DNA of 38,100 nt, from the NCBI GenBank assembly GCA_964625805.1, contig CAZVBV010000001.1:1-38100 (forward strand), given 5' to 3'. Under the pieces are notes generated by a model. That model saw only the letters and a program-made list of their open reading frames with translations, searched no databases and was not told the DNA's origin. The stretch is from an uncultured Candidatus Peribacteria bacterium (GTDB taxonomy: Bacteria > Patescibacteriota > Gracilibacteria > UBA4473). The position numbers and the translations under genes were made by a program. Shown here one piece after another: positions 16,149 through 24,934 of the stretch. Numbering within the stretch: the stretch's first letter is position 1; each line of letters opens with the position of its first letter.

Positions 16149-17576
16149 TTATTTCCGTTCAAACAAGATTCCGGCATCACCGACCCCGTCCCCGACCCCG
16201 TCCCCAAGCATCGCCTTCATTCTTGGCGCACTTTCAGGAAGCAGGACTTCCGCCATTTCCGCGAGCTGTTCGAGTTTTTGCAACAAGGTTGCAAATATCT
16301 TTTTAGAGCTCTCCAAATCAGTCTTCGCCAAAGTCCACACCTGCGTCTCGTTGAGAAGTTCGTTCGCAGAACCCACCACGGAGAAGTAATAATCGATCGC
16401 TGTTTTGAGTTTGTTTTGCTCCATAAATTCTTCGAATTCCTTCATCTCGCCTCCGGTTAGTGCGGAACCTTCTGGTTTTTGTCCGTCGAGAAACTTATGA
16501 ATAAGAACGATAACTCTGTTGAAAAGATTCCCTACTCCGCCCGCGAGCTTCGTTCTGTAGAAGTCATCGAAGTGTTCAAGGGAGAAGTCTCCATCATTTC
16601 CAAATTCAAACGAACTCAAAAGTCCGAGTCGCAAAGCATCGTTTCCGTATTTCTCTGACAATGTAAGCGGTGAGATAACATTCCCCAAAGACTTACTCAT
16701 CTTCTCTCCGTTCACGGTAAAGAACCCGTGTGCAAATACTTCTTGTGCTGGATCCATACCGGCGGACAAAAGCATTGCTGGCCAAATAACACAGTGAAAT
16801 CGCGTGATATCTTTCCCCACGATATGAACTGCGGACTTCCAAAAGTCGCGCCGCTCGTCTGTGTCGATTCCTGAGTAGTAATTAATCAAAGCATCGAACC
16901 ACACATAGATCTTGTGCTCGTCGTCCCATGGAAGTGGTATCCCCACCTCGGCGCTTTCTCGAGAGATAGAAACATCTTCGAGTCCTGATTTAATAAAGCT
17001 GATCACTTCATTCTTCCGTGTTTCAGGAAGGAGAAGTTTCGGATTTTTTTCATAGAGCGCCAAGAGCTTGTCTCCGTATTCCGACAGTTTGAAGAAGTAG
17101 TTTTCTTCTTCTAAAATATCTGGCTTTGTCTTGTGATCAGGACAACATCCGTTCTCGTCGAGATCGGTTTCTTTTAAAAATGTTTCACAACCCGTGCAAT
17201 ATTTCCCTTCGTATTTTCCTTTGTAAATATCGCCCTTGTCATGGATTTTTGTGAGAATTTCATGCACCGTTTTTTGGTGTCTTGGCTCTGTAGTACGGAT
17301 AAAATCGTCGAACTGAATCCCGGTCTGCTCCCATGTTTCTTTCCACGTCTTCGCCATTTCTTCCAAATATTCTGGGATTGGTTTTCCCGAAGCTTTCGCG
17401 GCATCAACCGTTTTTTGTGAGTTCTCGTCCGTTCCGGTAAGAAAGAAGACGTTTTCTGCGCCTAGTTTTTTCCGCCAATATCGCGCCAGTGTGTCAGTCG
17501 CCAAAGTACAATACGCATGTCCAATATGAGGAACGTCGTTCACGTAATAAATGGGCGTGGTAAGATATTTTTTCAT
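16149..17576 (-). CDS. metG: methionyl-tRNA synthetase (short form with zinc knuckle)
   Basis: HIGH-type motif PHIGHAY, KMSKS motif, CTGC...CCPDH knuckle. The track start at 17579 is GTG, directly followed by ATG 17576. The C-terminus has a GDGVGDGVGD tandem repeat. Confidence 0.95.
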   Translation of the reverse strand: MKKYLTTPIYYVNDVPHIGHAYCTLATDTLARYWRKKLGAENVFFLTGTDENSQKTVDAAKASGKPIPEYLEEMAKTWKETWEQTGIQFDDFIRTTEPRHQKTVHEILTKIHDKGDIYKGKYEGKYCTGCETFLKETDLDENGCCPDHKTKPDILEEENYFFKLSEYGDKLLALYEKNPKLLLPETRKNEVISFIKSGLEDVSISRESAEVGIPLPWDDEHKIYVWFDALINYYSGIDTDERRDFWKSAVHIVGKDITRFHCVIWPAMLLSAGMDPAQEVFAHGFFTVNGEKMSKSLGNVISPLTLSEKYGNDALRLGLLSSFEFGNDGDFSLEHFDDFYRTKLAGGVGNLFNRVIVLIHKFLDGQKPEGSALTGGEMKEFEEFMEQNKLKTAIDYYFSVVGSANELLNETQVWTLAKTDLESSKKIFATLLQKLEQLAEMAEVLLPESAPRMKAMLGDGVGDGVGDAGILFERK

Positions 17577-17583
17577 CACAGGA

Positions 17584-17611
17584 GTTATACCCGAAACAGG
17601 GCTGATTTCAA
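17584..17611 (-). promoter_or_regulatory. predicted metG promoter placing the start site at or next to the ATG
   Basis: The minus strand reads TTGAAA (17611..17606), a 16-nt spacer, TATAAC (17589..17584), then 7 nt (TCCTGTG) and ATG. Confidence 0.4.
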
Positions 17612-17679
17612 TAACAAACTTCCTTTGAATCTCGACTAAAATCTTTTTTTACAAAGGAGTGTGATAGAGTTTACAAAGA

Positions 17680-20600
17680 ATGAAACTGTCTTTTGTAAGC
17701 AAAACGATTCACCCCTCTTCCGGAATTTACGCTTTCCTTTTGGTGATTTTGTTCGTGGCTGTCGGGGTGGGGCTTTTTCCGCTACAAGCTTCTGCAGCAT
17801 TTTCCTACGCCAAAACGATTGATCTGATTGGAGGTTCAGGGGCCGGAACTAATTATGTTCTCCCTCTTGTAATTAAATCAGACATGGATGATGCAATTTC
17901 GGACATTGGGCTAGATGGGAATGCTTCTGTTTTTCCACACGATATTTCTTTTTTTGATAATGATGGGATTACTGCTCTTGATCACTGGGTTGAAGATTTG
18001 ACCGCAGATCAGATCACGGTATGGGTTGAAGTAAAAGATGATCTTGGATCAGCGCAGTCAATTATTCTTAAATATGGAGATTCGGGGGCTACGACACTTT
18101 CAAATGGAGCGAATACGTTTCCATTCTTTGATGACTTTGAAAGTTACACCGTTGGGACACTTCCTTCCCCTTGGACTATTTATAGTAATACAAACGGTGG
18201 GAGTATGAGTGTTCAGGCTGATCCTCTCGATGCCGGAAACAAAATAATGAAACTGTGGAGCTCTTCCTTTGGTCTTTGGCGATCTGTAAAAGTATCCTTT
18301 ACTACCGCTGGTACATCTTCCGCTCTTCATTGGAAACGATATGAAGGTGGATCAGGAAGACACAAGGGGGCTGTGATCATATTCGAGGGATCGACTGCTA
18401 TTGTTACGACTTGGTTTGATAGTTATTATCCACAGTGGGATAGTTACAATGGAAGTGCTTATGTTGATTTTAGTCCTAATTTGGATTCAACCTACCCCAT
18501 AAGTGGGTGGCATAAAATGGTGGATGAGGTTGTTGGTTCGGGATATACATTAAACTACGATGGAACGGCATACACCGGAGTTCAAAGAGGTTCTCAAACA
18601 AATGGAATCGATGGTTTTAGTTTCGGATCAATGGATACTGATCCAAGTCATGTACAAGGAATCGATGATGTTTTTGTACGAAAGGTGGTGAACCCTGAGC
18701 CCGATGTTTTAAATTTAACACCAGTAGCCTCCTCCGTCACATTCTCAGGTACAGCGAAGGTCGGGCAACTTCAAACAGGAAGCTATATATATGCAGATGC
18801 TGACAGTGATCTCGAGGGAGTTTCAACCTTTAGATGGCTGAGAGATAATGTAGCTATAGATGGAGCCACCTCGCAAACCTATACCACCGTCCAAGCAGAC
18901 GTCGGAACAACACTTAAATTTGAAGTAACGCCCCTCGCCACTACAGGAGAAACTCCAGGAACAGCGGGAGGAGGGAGTGGGACAGCGATCACTAATTCAA
19001 CGCCTACTGATATCACCGCAAGTTCAGAATCAATCGCTTCCAATAGTCCATCGGGAACAACCGTGGGAACGCTCTCCGCTACCGATGCGAATCCGAGTGA
19101 TACATTTTCGTTTACTCTTTCCTCTGGAGCCGGTTGTACGGCTACTGATAATGTGAAGTTTACTATCTCCGGAACAAGTCTCGAAATAGCTGAAGTGACT
19201 GATTTTTATAGAAAAAGTTCGTACACCGTCTGCGTCCAAGTCGCCGATCAAGACAGCGCAACCTACCGAGAAAACTTTGAGATTCTTGTCCCTGTCCCGG
19301 CAACGGTTGAAGTCGCTCCTTCTTCAACTGGAGAAGCCGCGCTTCCCAATGTTCCCAGGATCGTCCTCGATGAAGAAAAGACAGTCGATCTTTCCGCCGC
19401 GATCGCCACGGTTTCGGGAGGAAATAGAGATGTGAGTGTTGGAGGAACAACCTTCAACCTCGAGGCGTATACCGCGGGATCACTCAGTGGAGCAAACGTG
19501 AAAGAGACGGCTGGAATAAGTGTCAGGCAGGCAACACGAATCAGCACCTCTCAAGATAATCTTATTCTCACACACACGGAAACCCCTGGTGTAGAACTCC
19601 AAATCCCAGATCAAACCGTCGTCTTTGGAGATAGTGATGCCGACTTTTCTATTACTCCACCAGTCGACATCGAGACCACGGATGTTACAAGTGTTCCTTC
19701 TAACTTTACTGTACAAAAAGCAATCTCTGTCGGAAGTACGACGGAAACCTATGTTTTTGATACCCCCGTTGTGGTTGTTTTCAGCGGTGCCTACGATCGT
19801 ATGTTAATGCGTCAGACGGGAGCTTCTGCCTGGACAAACCTCTCTCAGTGTTCTGGAACTTTTGCTTCCCCGACAATGCCTTCTTTCCCCGAAGCTTGTT
19901 GGATTGCGGACAAGTCCGTCGGACAGACCCGTGTTTACACGTTCCACTTAACTGAATTTGGCGGACTCCTTGAAAATAATTCCGGAAGCGGGAAACAAGC
20001 ATTGTTTCACGAAGGCATGAAAAGATCTGAAATACGGCAATCTGGATATGGGACCGATAAAAAAACATTTGCTGCTAGTTATAAACTCTCTCTTGCGCAG
20101 GCGGAAACACTCAACCAAGGAAAAGCTGGGATCGCGCAATTTATTACCACCACGTGGAAAAATAATAAGTTTCTCCGATATATATCAGGGCGCACATCCG
20201 TTGCTTCTCAACGCGCCAGGGCACTCCAGCAGGTGAAATATCGTATATCAAATAAACACGACTTACGATCTGATATACAACTTGTAATGCGGCAACGAAA
20301 CAAAAACACTCTCCTCGCTTCTGCTCCCAAGAAAAATTCCCTCCAAGAGAAGTTCAACCGAATCGCAAAGATATTTCGGCCAAAAGGAGTCCGCCGAAAA
20401 CGAGCTTCTCAGCGCAAAACACGGGCAAGTAGCCGAATAGCAACCTCTAATATGACACTCCGAACACGGGCTCTTGTTGAGAGGCAGAAAAGAAGAAAAC
20501 AAGAAGCCTCTAAGAACTACTTCTCCAGTGCTCCAAAAATAGAAAAACCTCTTTCTCGCATTCAGCTGTACCAGAAAGCGCGATTTGAACGAAGTCAGCT

Positions 20601-20739
20601 TCGCATTAAACGACCGAAAAGTAAGGGTGTTCTCCGACATCTTCAAAACAATCTGTTCCTCTTTTCTGATTTCCTCAAAACCTCTCTCTTTGAGATGTCT
20701 GACATGCTTTCTACGAATCTCTTTAAGGCCTTGCAATAA
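17680..20739 (+). CDS. large secreted surface protein: signal/anchor, DUF2341-like, LamG/concanavalin-like, Ig-like and cadherin-like domains, poly-basic C-terminal tail
   Basis: The N-terminal hydrophobic segment ends in ASAAF. FFDNDG..LDHWVE....TVWVEV......I.LKYG fits DUF2341. TFPFFDDFE starts a LamG-like region. SIASNSPSGTTVGTLSATDANPSDTFSFTL...FTISGTSL...YTVCVQVADQD is cadherin-like. Roughly the last 270 aa are very K/R/Q/S-rich. Confidence 0.8.
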   Translation: MKLSFVSKTIHPSSGIYAFLLVILFVAVGVGLFPLQASAAFSYAKTIDLIGGSGAGTNYVLPLVIKSDMDDAISDIGLDGNASVFPHDISFFDNDGITALDHWVEDLTADQITVWVEVKDDLGSAQSIILKYGDSGATTLSNGANTFPFFDDFESYTVGTLPSPWTIYSNTNGGSMSVQADPLDAGNKIMKLWSSSFGLWRSVKVSFTTAGTSSALHWKRYEGGSGRHKGAVIIFEGSTAIVTTWFDSYYPQWDSYNGSAYVDFSPNLDSTYPISGWHKMVDEVVGSGYTLNYDGTAYTGVQRGSQTNGIDGFSFGSMDTDPSHVQGIDDVFVRKVVNPEPDVLNLTPVASSVTFSGTAKVGQLQTGSYIYADADSDLEGVSTFRWLRDNVAIDGATSQTYTTVQADVGTTLKFEVTPLATTGETPGTAGGGSGTAITNSTPTDITASSESIASNSPSGTTVGTLSATDANPSDTFSFTLSSGAGCTATDNVKFTISGTSLEIAEVTDFYRKSSYTVCVQVADQDSATYRENFEILVPVPATVEVAPSSTGEAALPNVPRIVLDEEKTVDLSAAIATVSGGNRDVSVGGTTFNLEAYTAGSLSGANVKETAGISVRQATRISTSQDNLILTHTETPGVELQIPDQTVVFGDSDADFSITPPVDIETTDVTSVPSNFTVQKAISVGSTTETYVFDTPVVVVFSGAYDRMLMRQTGASAWTNLSQCSGTFASPTMPSFPEACWIADKSVGQTRVYTFHLTEFGGLLENNSGSGKQALFHEGMKRSEIRQSGYGTDKKTFAASYKLSLAQAETLNQGKAGIAQFITTTWKNNKFLRYISGRTSVASQRARALQQVKYRISNKHDLRSDIQLVMRQRNKNTLLASAPKKNSLQEKFNRIAKIFRPKGVRRKRASQRKTRASSRIATSNMTLRTRALVERQKRRKQEASKNYFSSAPKIEKPLSRIQLYQKARFERSQLRIKRPKSKGVLRHLQNNLFLFSDFLKTSLFEMSDMLSTNLFKALQ

Positions 20740-20791
20740 AAGACGCAACTTCCTTTTGCAATTGTCCAAAAACCTCTACAATGTCGCGGCA

Positions 20792-21394
20792 ATGCTTCCC
20801 AAAAGGCCCGATTTCAAGACGAATAAACTCGCATTCATGCGAAAGAATTTCAAGGACTTATCCTTTGAAATGCGAGTCATCTTTTTGGCGCATTCGGCTA
20901 CCGTGTTGTTCTGCTTTTTCCCATGGATTTCAGTCGAACCACTTTATGATAGTCCGTACTGGAACTCTGGATTCTTTGGACCAAGTGGTCTCATTGGACT
21001 CTTTATCTTTCTTTTCTCTGTTGTTGTCGTCGGGGTTTTTCTCGACAAACTCTGGGAAACGAAACGCATAAAATTACCATTCCCGGAGCAACAATTCTTT
21101 GTTGGTGTGGGCGCACAACAAGTACTTCTTATTGTATTGGCCTGGTCTGTGTTGATTTCGGTGAGTCGAGACTTTGAAGTTTCCGCGGTTCGATTTGGAA
21201 TCTTCATTGCCCTGCTTTCTCAAATCATTGGACTCGTTGCTGCCTATCTCCACGCACAGAAAAACAAAAAACAACGCGCGATGGATTTTTTCCAACAACC
21301 ACATCACGCACAAGCAAAGAAGCCAGCAAAAACAGAGAAACTCGGGGGGCTCTTTGAGGCTGACGAAGGGGAAGATAACGCACTTGAAGAATGA
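20792..21394 (+). CDS. hypothetical integral membrane protein (about 4 TM)
   Basis: The track ORF starts at TTG 20585 inside the preceding gene. ATG 20792 (MLPKRPDF) is the first ATG after that gene's stop. It has hydrophobic helices and an acidic C-terminal tail, and its stop overlaps the next start (ATGA). Confidence 0.55.
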   Translation: MLPKRPDFKTNKLAFMRKNFKDLSFEMRVIFLAHSATVLFCFFPWISVEPLYDSPYWNSGFFGPSGLIGLFIFLFSVVVVGVFLDKLWETKRIKLPFPEQQFFVGVGAQQVLLIVLAWSVLISVSRDFEVSAVRFGIFIALLSQIIGLVAAYLHAQKNKKQRAMDFFQQPHHAQAKKPAKTEKLGGLFEADEGEDNALEE

Positions 21395-21783
21395 CAAAAG
21401 ATACAAAAAAAGATGCTTCGTTTTTGGCAGAAACCCAGCAAGAAGGGCGGGCTTCGGGAAAGGTGAAAATATCTGACCTTGATGCAGCCATTAATTCTGT
21501 GAACGCAATTATGCACGAAGATGTAGCTCAGAATGTTCGCGACACAAAAGAAGAAGAACTCCCGACAACAAAGATTGTTGTGTATTGTCACGATTGTAGA
21601 GAACTAGTCCCGGCAGGATTTGGAAAAACGCTTCGCGGGAACGCGCGAACTATATGTGGCACGTGCAATTCAAAGAAAATTTCTATGGGTCGAGAGGAAG
21701 CGCTCACACGTTTTTATCACCTCAATGATCGGAAAAAAGACGAACCAAAGAAGGAGAGAAAACCAAGACCAGTAAAGAAGTAA
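21391..21783 (+). CDS. hypothetical zinc-ribbon protein with lysine-rich tail
   Basis: CHDC-N19-CGTC four-Cys ribbon. Coupled by an ATGA overlap to the membrane protein gene. Confidence 0.55.
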   Translation: MTKDTKKDASFLAETQQEGRASGKVKISDLDAAINSVNAIMHEDVAQNVRDTKEEELPTTKIVVYCHDCRELVPAGFGKTLRGNARTICGTCNSKKISMGREEALTRFYHLNDRKKDEPKKERKPRPVKK

Positions 21784-21853
21784 TCGATTTCTCAAGGACT
21801 AAAGATGAAGGCTTTTTAAAAATGTTTTCATGTTCTTCGTCAATTCATTTTTC

Positions 21854-21889
21854 TTGCTCGTGTATACACATGTATACATAATGTATGCA
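21854..21889 (+). promoter_or_regulatory. predicted lexA promoter with embedded palindromic operator candidate
   Basis: TTGCTC (21854..21859), a 17-nt spacer, then CATAAT (21877..21882). The spacer and -10 are occupied by TGTATACA-CA-TGTATACA (21861..21878, 16/18 symmetric), with a third degenerate unit ATGTATGCA at 21881..21889. Confidence 0.5.
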
Positions 21890-21905
21890 GAAATAAAAAA
21901 TACAC

Positions 21906-22538
21906 ATGAACGCACAGTTTACACCGAAGGAGCTCGCCACGGTAAAAGTGATCCGAAATGAGATGATGCGAAGTGGAAAAGTTCCCTCCATCCGACAAGT
22001 GATGGAATCCATGGGATACCGATCACCTCAGTCGATCTCTCGAATTTTTGACGAACTCACAAAGAAGGGCGTTCTTTCTCGAACGATAGATGGAAAGTGT
22101 TTGTTTAACGAAGGCGTAACAACCAGTTCCACAAATCCGGGAACGGTGGATGTTCCCCTTGTGGGAACAGCGAGTTGTGGGGCACCGGTATTTGCCGAAG
22201 AGAATATCGAGGGGTATTTCCCAATTTCAGAACGCATAGCACCGCCCTCAAAAAAGCATTTCCTTCTTCGGGCGCACGGAGACTCAATGAATAAAAAGGA
22301 AATTTATGACGGAGATTTGGTTCTGGTACAGAAGCAAAATGTCGCTCACAACGGAGATCTTGTTGTCGCTCTTATTGATGACGAAGCGACGATCAAAGAA
22401 TTTCAAAAACACGGCGATATGGTGGCGCTTCGCCCTCATTCTACAAATCCGATACACAAACCGATTATTCTCAGCGAAGAATTTCAAATTCAAGGAGTGG
22501 TTATCAAAGCTCTTCCGGCTTCTTTCTTTAATCCCTAA
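21906..22538 (+). CDS. lexA: LexA-type SOS repressor (wHTH + S24 peptidase)
   Basis: wHTH region IRQVMESMGYRSPQSISRIFDELTKKGVL, catalytic Ser in HGDSM, Lys in ATIKEF. The cleavage loop reads TASCGAPVFAEENIEGY, so Cys-Gly stands where Ala-Gly is usual. Confidence 0.9.
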   Translation: MNAQFTPKELATVKVIRNEMMRSGKVPSIRQVMESMGYRSPQSISRIFDELTKKGVLSRTIDGKCLFNEGVTTSSTNPGTVDVPLVGTASCGAPVFAEENIEGYFPISERIAPPSKKHFLLRAHGDSMNKKEIYDGDLVLVQKQNVAHNGDLVVALIDDEATIKEFQKHGDMVALRPHSTNPIHKPIILSEEFQIQGVVIKALPASFFNP

Positions 22539-22643
22539 TTCTTAAATTTATATGAAACACGAATTTGCTTTCAAACAAACTTAACCACACACTCAACCCC
22601 TCACTATAAACCCTAAACTATTAACTCTTAACTAATTACTATC

Positions 22644-23666
22644 ATGGCAGAAGACATCAAAAAATCAGCACTCGCGTCAGCTCTCGCTCAAATTGAAAAA
22701 GACTTTGGAAAGGGCTCAATTATGCGACTTGGAGATCACGAAAAAACCAAGATCGAAACGGTTAGTTCTGGATCTATTTCTATAGATCTTGCCCTTGGTG
22801 GCGGATATCCAAAGGGAAGAATTATCGAGGTCTACGGCCCAGAAAGTTCTGGAAAAACAACACTGTGTTTACACGCAGTAGCCGAATTCCAAAAGGCCGG
22901 AGGAACGGTCGCCTTTATCGATGCAGAACACGCACTCGACCCAAGTTATGCCGAAAAAGTCGGCGTTAATACGGACGACCTTCTTCTTTCTCAACCTGAT
23001 TCTGGAGAACAGGCATTGGAAATTGTTGAAGCTTTGGTTCGCTCTGGAGGGGTAGATCTTATCGTTGTCGACTCGGTCGCAGCGTTGACTCCTCGGGCAG
23101 AAATCGAAGGAGCAATGGGAGATGCACAAATGGGACTCCAGGCTCGACTCATGAGTCAGGCGTTGCGGAAACTAACGGCAGTGTCTTCTAAAATGGGAAC
23201 AACGATTATCTTTGTAAATCAAATCCGAATGAAGATCGGGGTGATGTTCGGAAATCCTGAAACCACCACTGGTGGAAATGCATTGAAGTTTTACTCCTCT
23301 CTTCGGGTGGAAGTCCGGAAAGGAGCAAAGATCGAATCGGGAACCGGCGATGCCAAGGAGGCAAATGGAAATGAGGCCCGCGTTAAAATCGTGAAGAACA
23401 AAGTTGCGCCACCATTCCGAACGGCGATTGTTGATATCATGTTTAACAAGGGGATTTCTTGGGCAGCAGACCTTCTGGAAACGGCTGTAAAATTAGAAAT
23501 TGTCGAAAAGGCAGGCGCCTTTTATTCCTACAGGGCAGGGAAGGATGAACCCGTTAAACTCGGTCAAGGGAAGGCAAAGGCTGTCGAATTCTTCGAAGAT
23601 CCAAAGAATAAAAAACTCGTCACTGGTATTGATAAAATCGTCCGAGAAAAAGCGACACTCAATTAA
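22644..23666 (+). CDS. recA: recombinase RecA
   Basis: GPESSGKTT Walker [10 protein letters not shown], and [25 protein letters not shown] loop L2. Confidence 0.97.
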   Translation: MAEDIKKSALASALAQIEKDFGKGSIMRLGDHEKTKIETVSSGSISIDLALGGGYPKGRIIEVYGPESSGKTTLCLHAVAEFQKAGGTVAFIDAEHALDPSYAEKVGVNTDDLLLSQPDSGEQALEIVEALVRSGGVDLIVVDSVAALTPRAEIEGAMGDAQMGLQARLMSQALRKLTAVSSKMGTTIIFVNQIRMKIGVMFGNPETTTGGNALKFYSSLRVEVRKGAKIESGTGDAKEANGNEARVKIVKNKVAPPFRTAIVDIMFNKGISWAADLLETAVKLEIVEKAGAFYSYRAGKDEPVKLGQGKAKAVEFFEDPKNKKLVTGIDKIVREKATLN

Positions 23667-23668
23667 CA

Positions 23669-23696
23669 TTGTGCTGACGAAAAAATTTCATAGAAT
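23669..23696 (+). promoter_or_regulatory. possible promoter of the SOD gene
   Basis: TTGTGC, a 16-nt spacer, then TAGAAT. A 9-bp hairpin (23703..23725) would sit at the 5' end of the transcript. Confidence 0.35.
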
Positions 23697-23744
23697 ACAA
23701 GGTCCTCGCTCGAACGGAGCGGGGACAATTTCTAACCCCTTATT

Positions 23745-24338
23745 ATGACCTTCCGATTACCAACTCTAAAATATGATTACTCTGCTCTTGAGCCTCATGT
23801 GGATACACAAACAATGGAAACCCATCACTCCAAGCATCACCAAGGATATGTAAACAAAGCCAATATCGCACTCGAAGGAACTGAGTGGGCCGAGAAAACA
23901 ACCGCTGAAATCCTCACACACCTCGACGATTTGCCTGCCGACATTCGTGTCGCTGCAAAAAATAATGTTGGAGGGGTGTGCAACCACTCTTTCTTTTGGA
24001 ACTGCATGAGCCCCGATGGTGGAGGCGAACCAACAGGTGTTTTAGCAGAGAAGATGAACGAAGCCTTTGGTTCGTTTGAGCAATTCAAAGAACAATTTGC
24101 TGCCGCCGCCGCTGGCCAATTTGGAAGTGGGTGGGCGTGGCTCGTTGAAAAAGACGGGAATCTGGAAATTATTACCACGGCCAATCAAGATTCTCCTCTC
24201 ACGCTTGGATATCTCCGGCTGTTAACAATTGATGTCTGGGAACACGCGTACTATCTCCACTATCAAAACCGACGCCCTGATTATATCGATGCGTTTTGGA
24301 ATGTGGTTGATTGGAGCTTTGTAGCCGCTCAACGCTAA
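23745..24338 (+). CDS. sod: Fe/Mn-family superoxide dismutase
   Basis: [36 protein letters not shown] and [18 protein letters not shown] motifs. Confidence 0.95.
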   Translation: MTFRLPTLKYDYSALEPHVDTQTMETHHSKHHQGYVNKANIALEGTEWAEKTTAEILTHLDDLPADIRVAAKNNVGGVCNHSFFWNCMSPDGGGEPTGVLAEKMNEAFGSFEQFKEQFAAAAAGQFGSGWAWLVEKDGNLEIITTANQDSPLTLGYLRLLTIDVWEHAYYLHYQNRRPDYIDAFWNVVDWSFVAAQR

Positions 24339-24934
24339 CGCGTTTTCAAGAACTCGGCCATCGCGTGCGCCGACCATCCACGATGAGAAACCGCGTTTTT
24401 CGATTCTTTTGTCATGGCTGAATACACGATGTCATGCCCGTCGGGAATAAAGACTGCGGAAACGGGGATACCGGGTTCCATCTCTGTTTCTGGTTTTTCT
24501 GTAATAACTCCTGAACATTCCCCAAGGCACGTGTATGTTTTTGCCGTTTCAGGGTCGAAATAGGCCATGGAGGAATAGAATGTCGCCTTTCTGTTTGTCT
24601 CGCCTTCTAGGAGCTTTAGAAACGCGCCTAGCCATGCTCCATCTTCTTTCTCCCCTATCTCTCGACGTGTCCGTAAACCAAACTTCTCTGGGCACGCATC
24701 CAAAATCAATCCTGAATCTTCTCCGATCGAAGGAAGTCCAGTGAGGCCGGCAAAAAACTTCGCCTTCAGAAGGGCATTTTCTTCAAATGTCGCTCCTGTT
24801 TCTTCTGGGTCTTCTGTTCGTCCAAGATCTTTGAGTGATGCGAATTCAATATCTTCGCCGAGTCCGTGCACACGAAAAGCTTCGACCATTTCATTCCTCT
24901 TCCCCTCGTTTCCTGTGGCGAGCAATATTTTCAT
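24335..24934 (-). CDS. rdgB: dITP/XTP pyrophosphatase (Ham1/RdgB family)
   Basis: [17 protein letters not shown]-terminus, [19 protein letters not shown], and SHRG near the C-terminus. Confidence 0.9.
   Translation of the reverse strand: MKILLATGNEGKRNEMVEAFRVHGLGEDIEFASLKDLGRTEDPEETGATFEENALLKAKFFAGLTGLPSIGEDSGLILDACPEKFGLRTRREIGEKEDGAWLGAFLKLLEGETNRKATFYSSMAYFDPETAKTYTCLGECSGVITEKPETEMEPGIPVSAVFIPDGHDIVYSAMTKESKNAVSHRGWSAHAMAEFLKTR

Noticed and set aside
16181-16204. Tandem 12-nt repeat (CGACCCCGTCCC x2) giving GDGVGDGVGD at the MetRS C-terminus
   Set aside because: It is a real repeat, but short, in-frame and at a non-conserved tail. It is probably a slippage polymorphism of little functional weight.
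18426-18434. Perfect DnaA box TTATCCACA
   Set aside because: It is a single isolated match inside the coding sequence of the surface protein, which is expected by chance in 38 kb.
19708-19717. Third copy of ACTGTACAAA (the -10 region word shared by the secY and fusA promoters)
   Set aside because: It lies inside a CDS and has no TTGACA at the corresponding -35 distance, so it is probably a chance 10-mer.
20263-20769. 168-aa minus-strand ORF
   Set aside because: It is antisense to the basic tail of the large surface protein and mirrors its low-complexity composition. It has no independent signals.
23703-23725. 9-bp hairpin between recA and sod as a recA terminator
   Set aside because: No T-tract follows it, and it lies downstream of the predicted sod -10. 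It is more likely a 5' stem of the sod mRNA, if it is functional at all.
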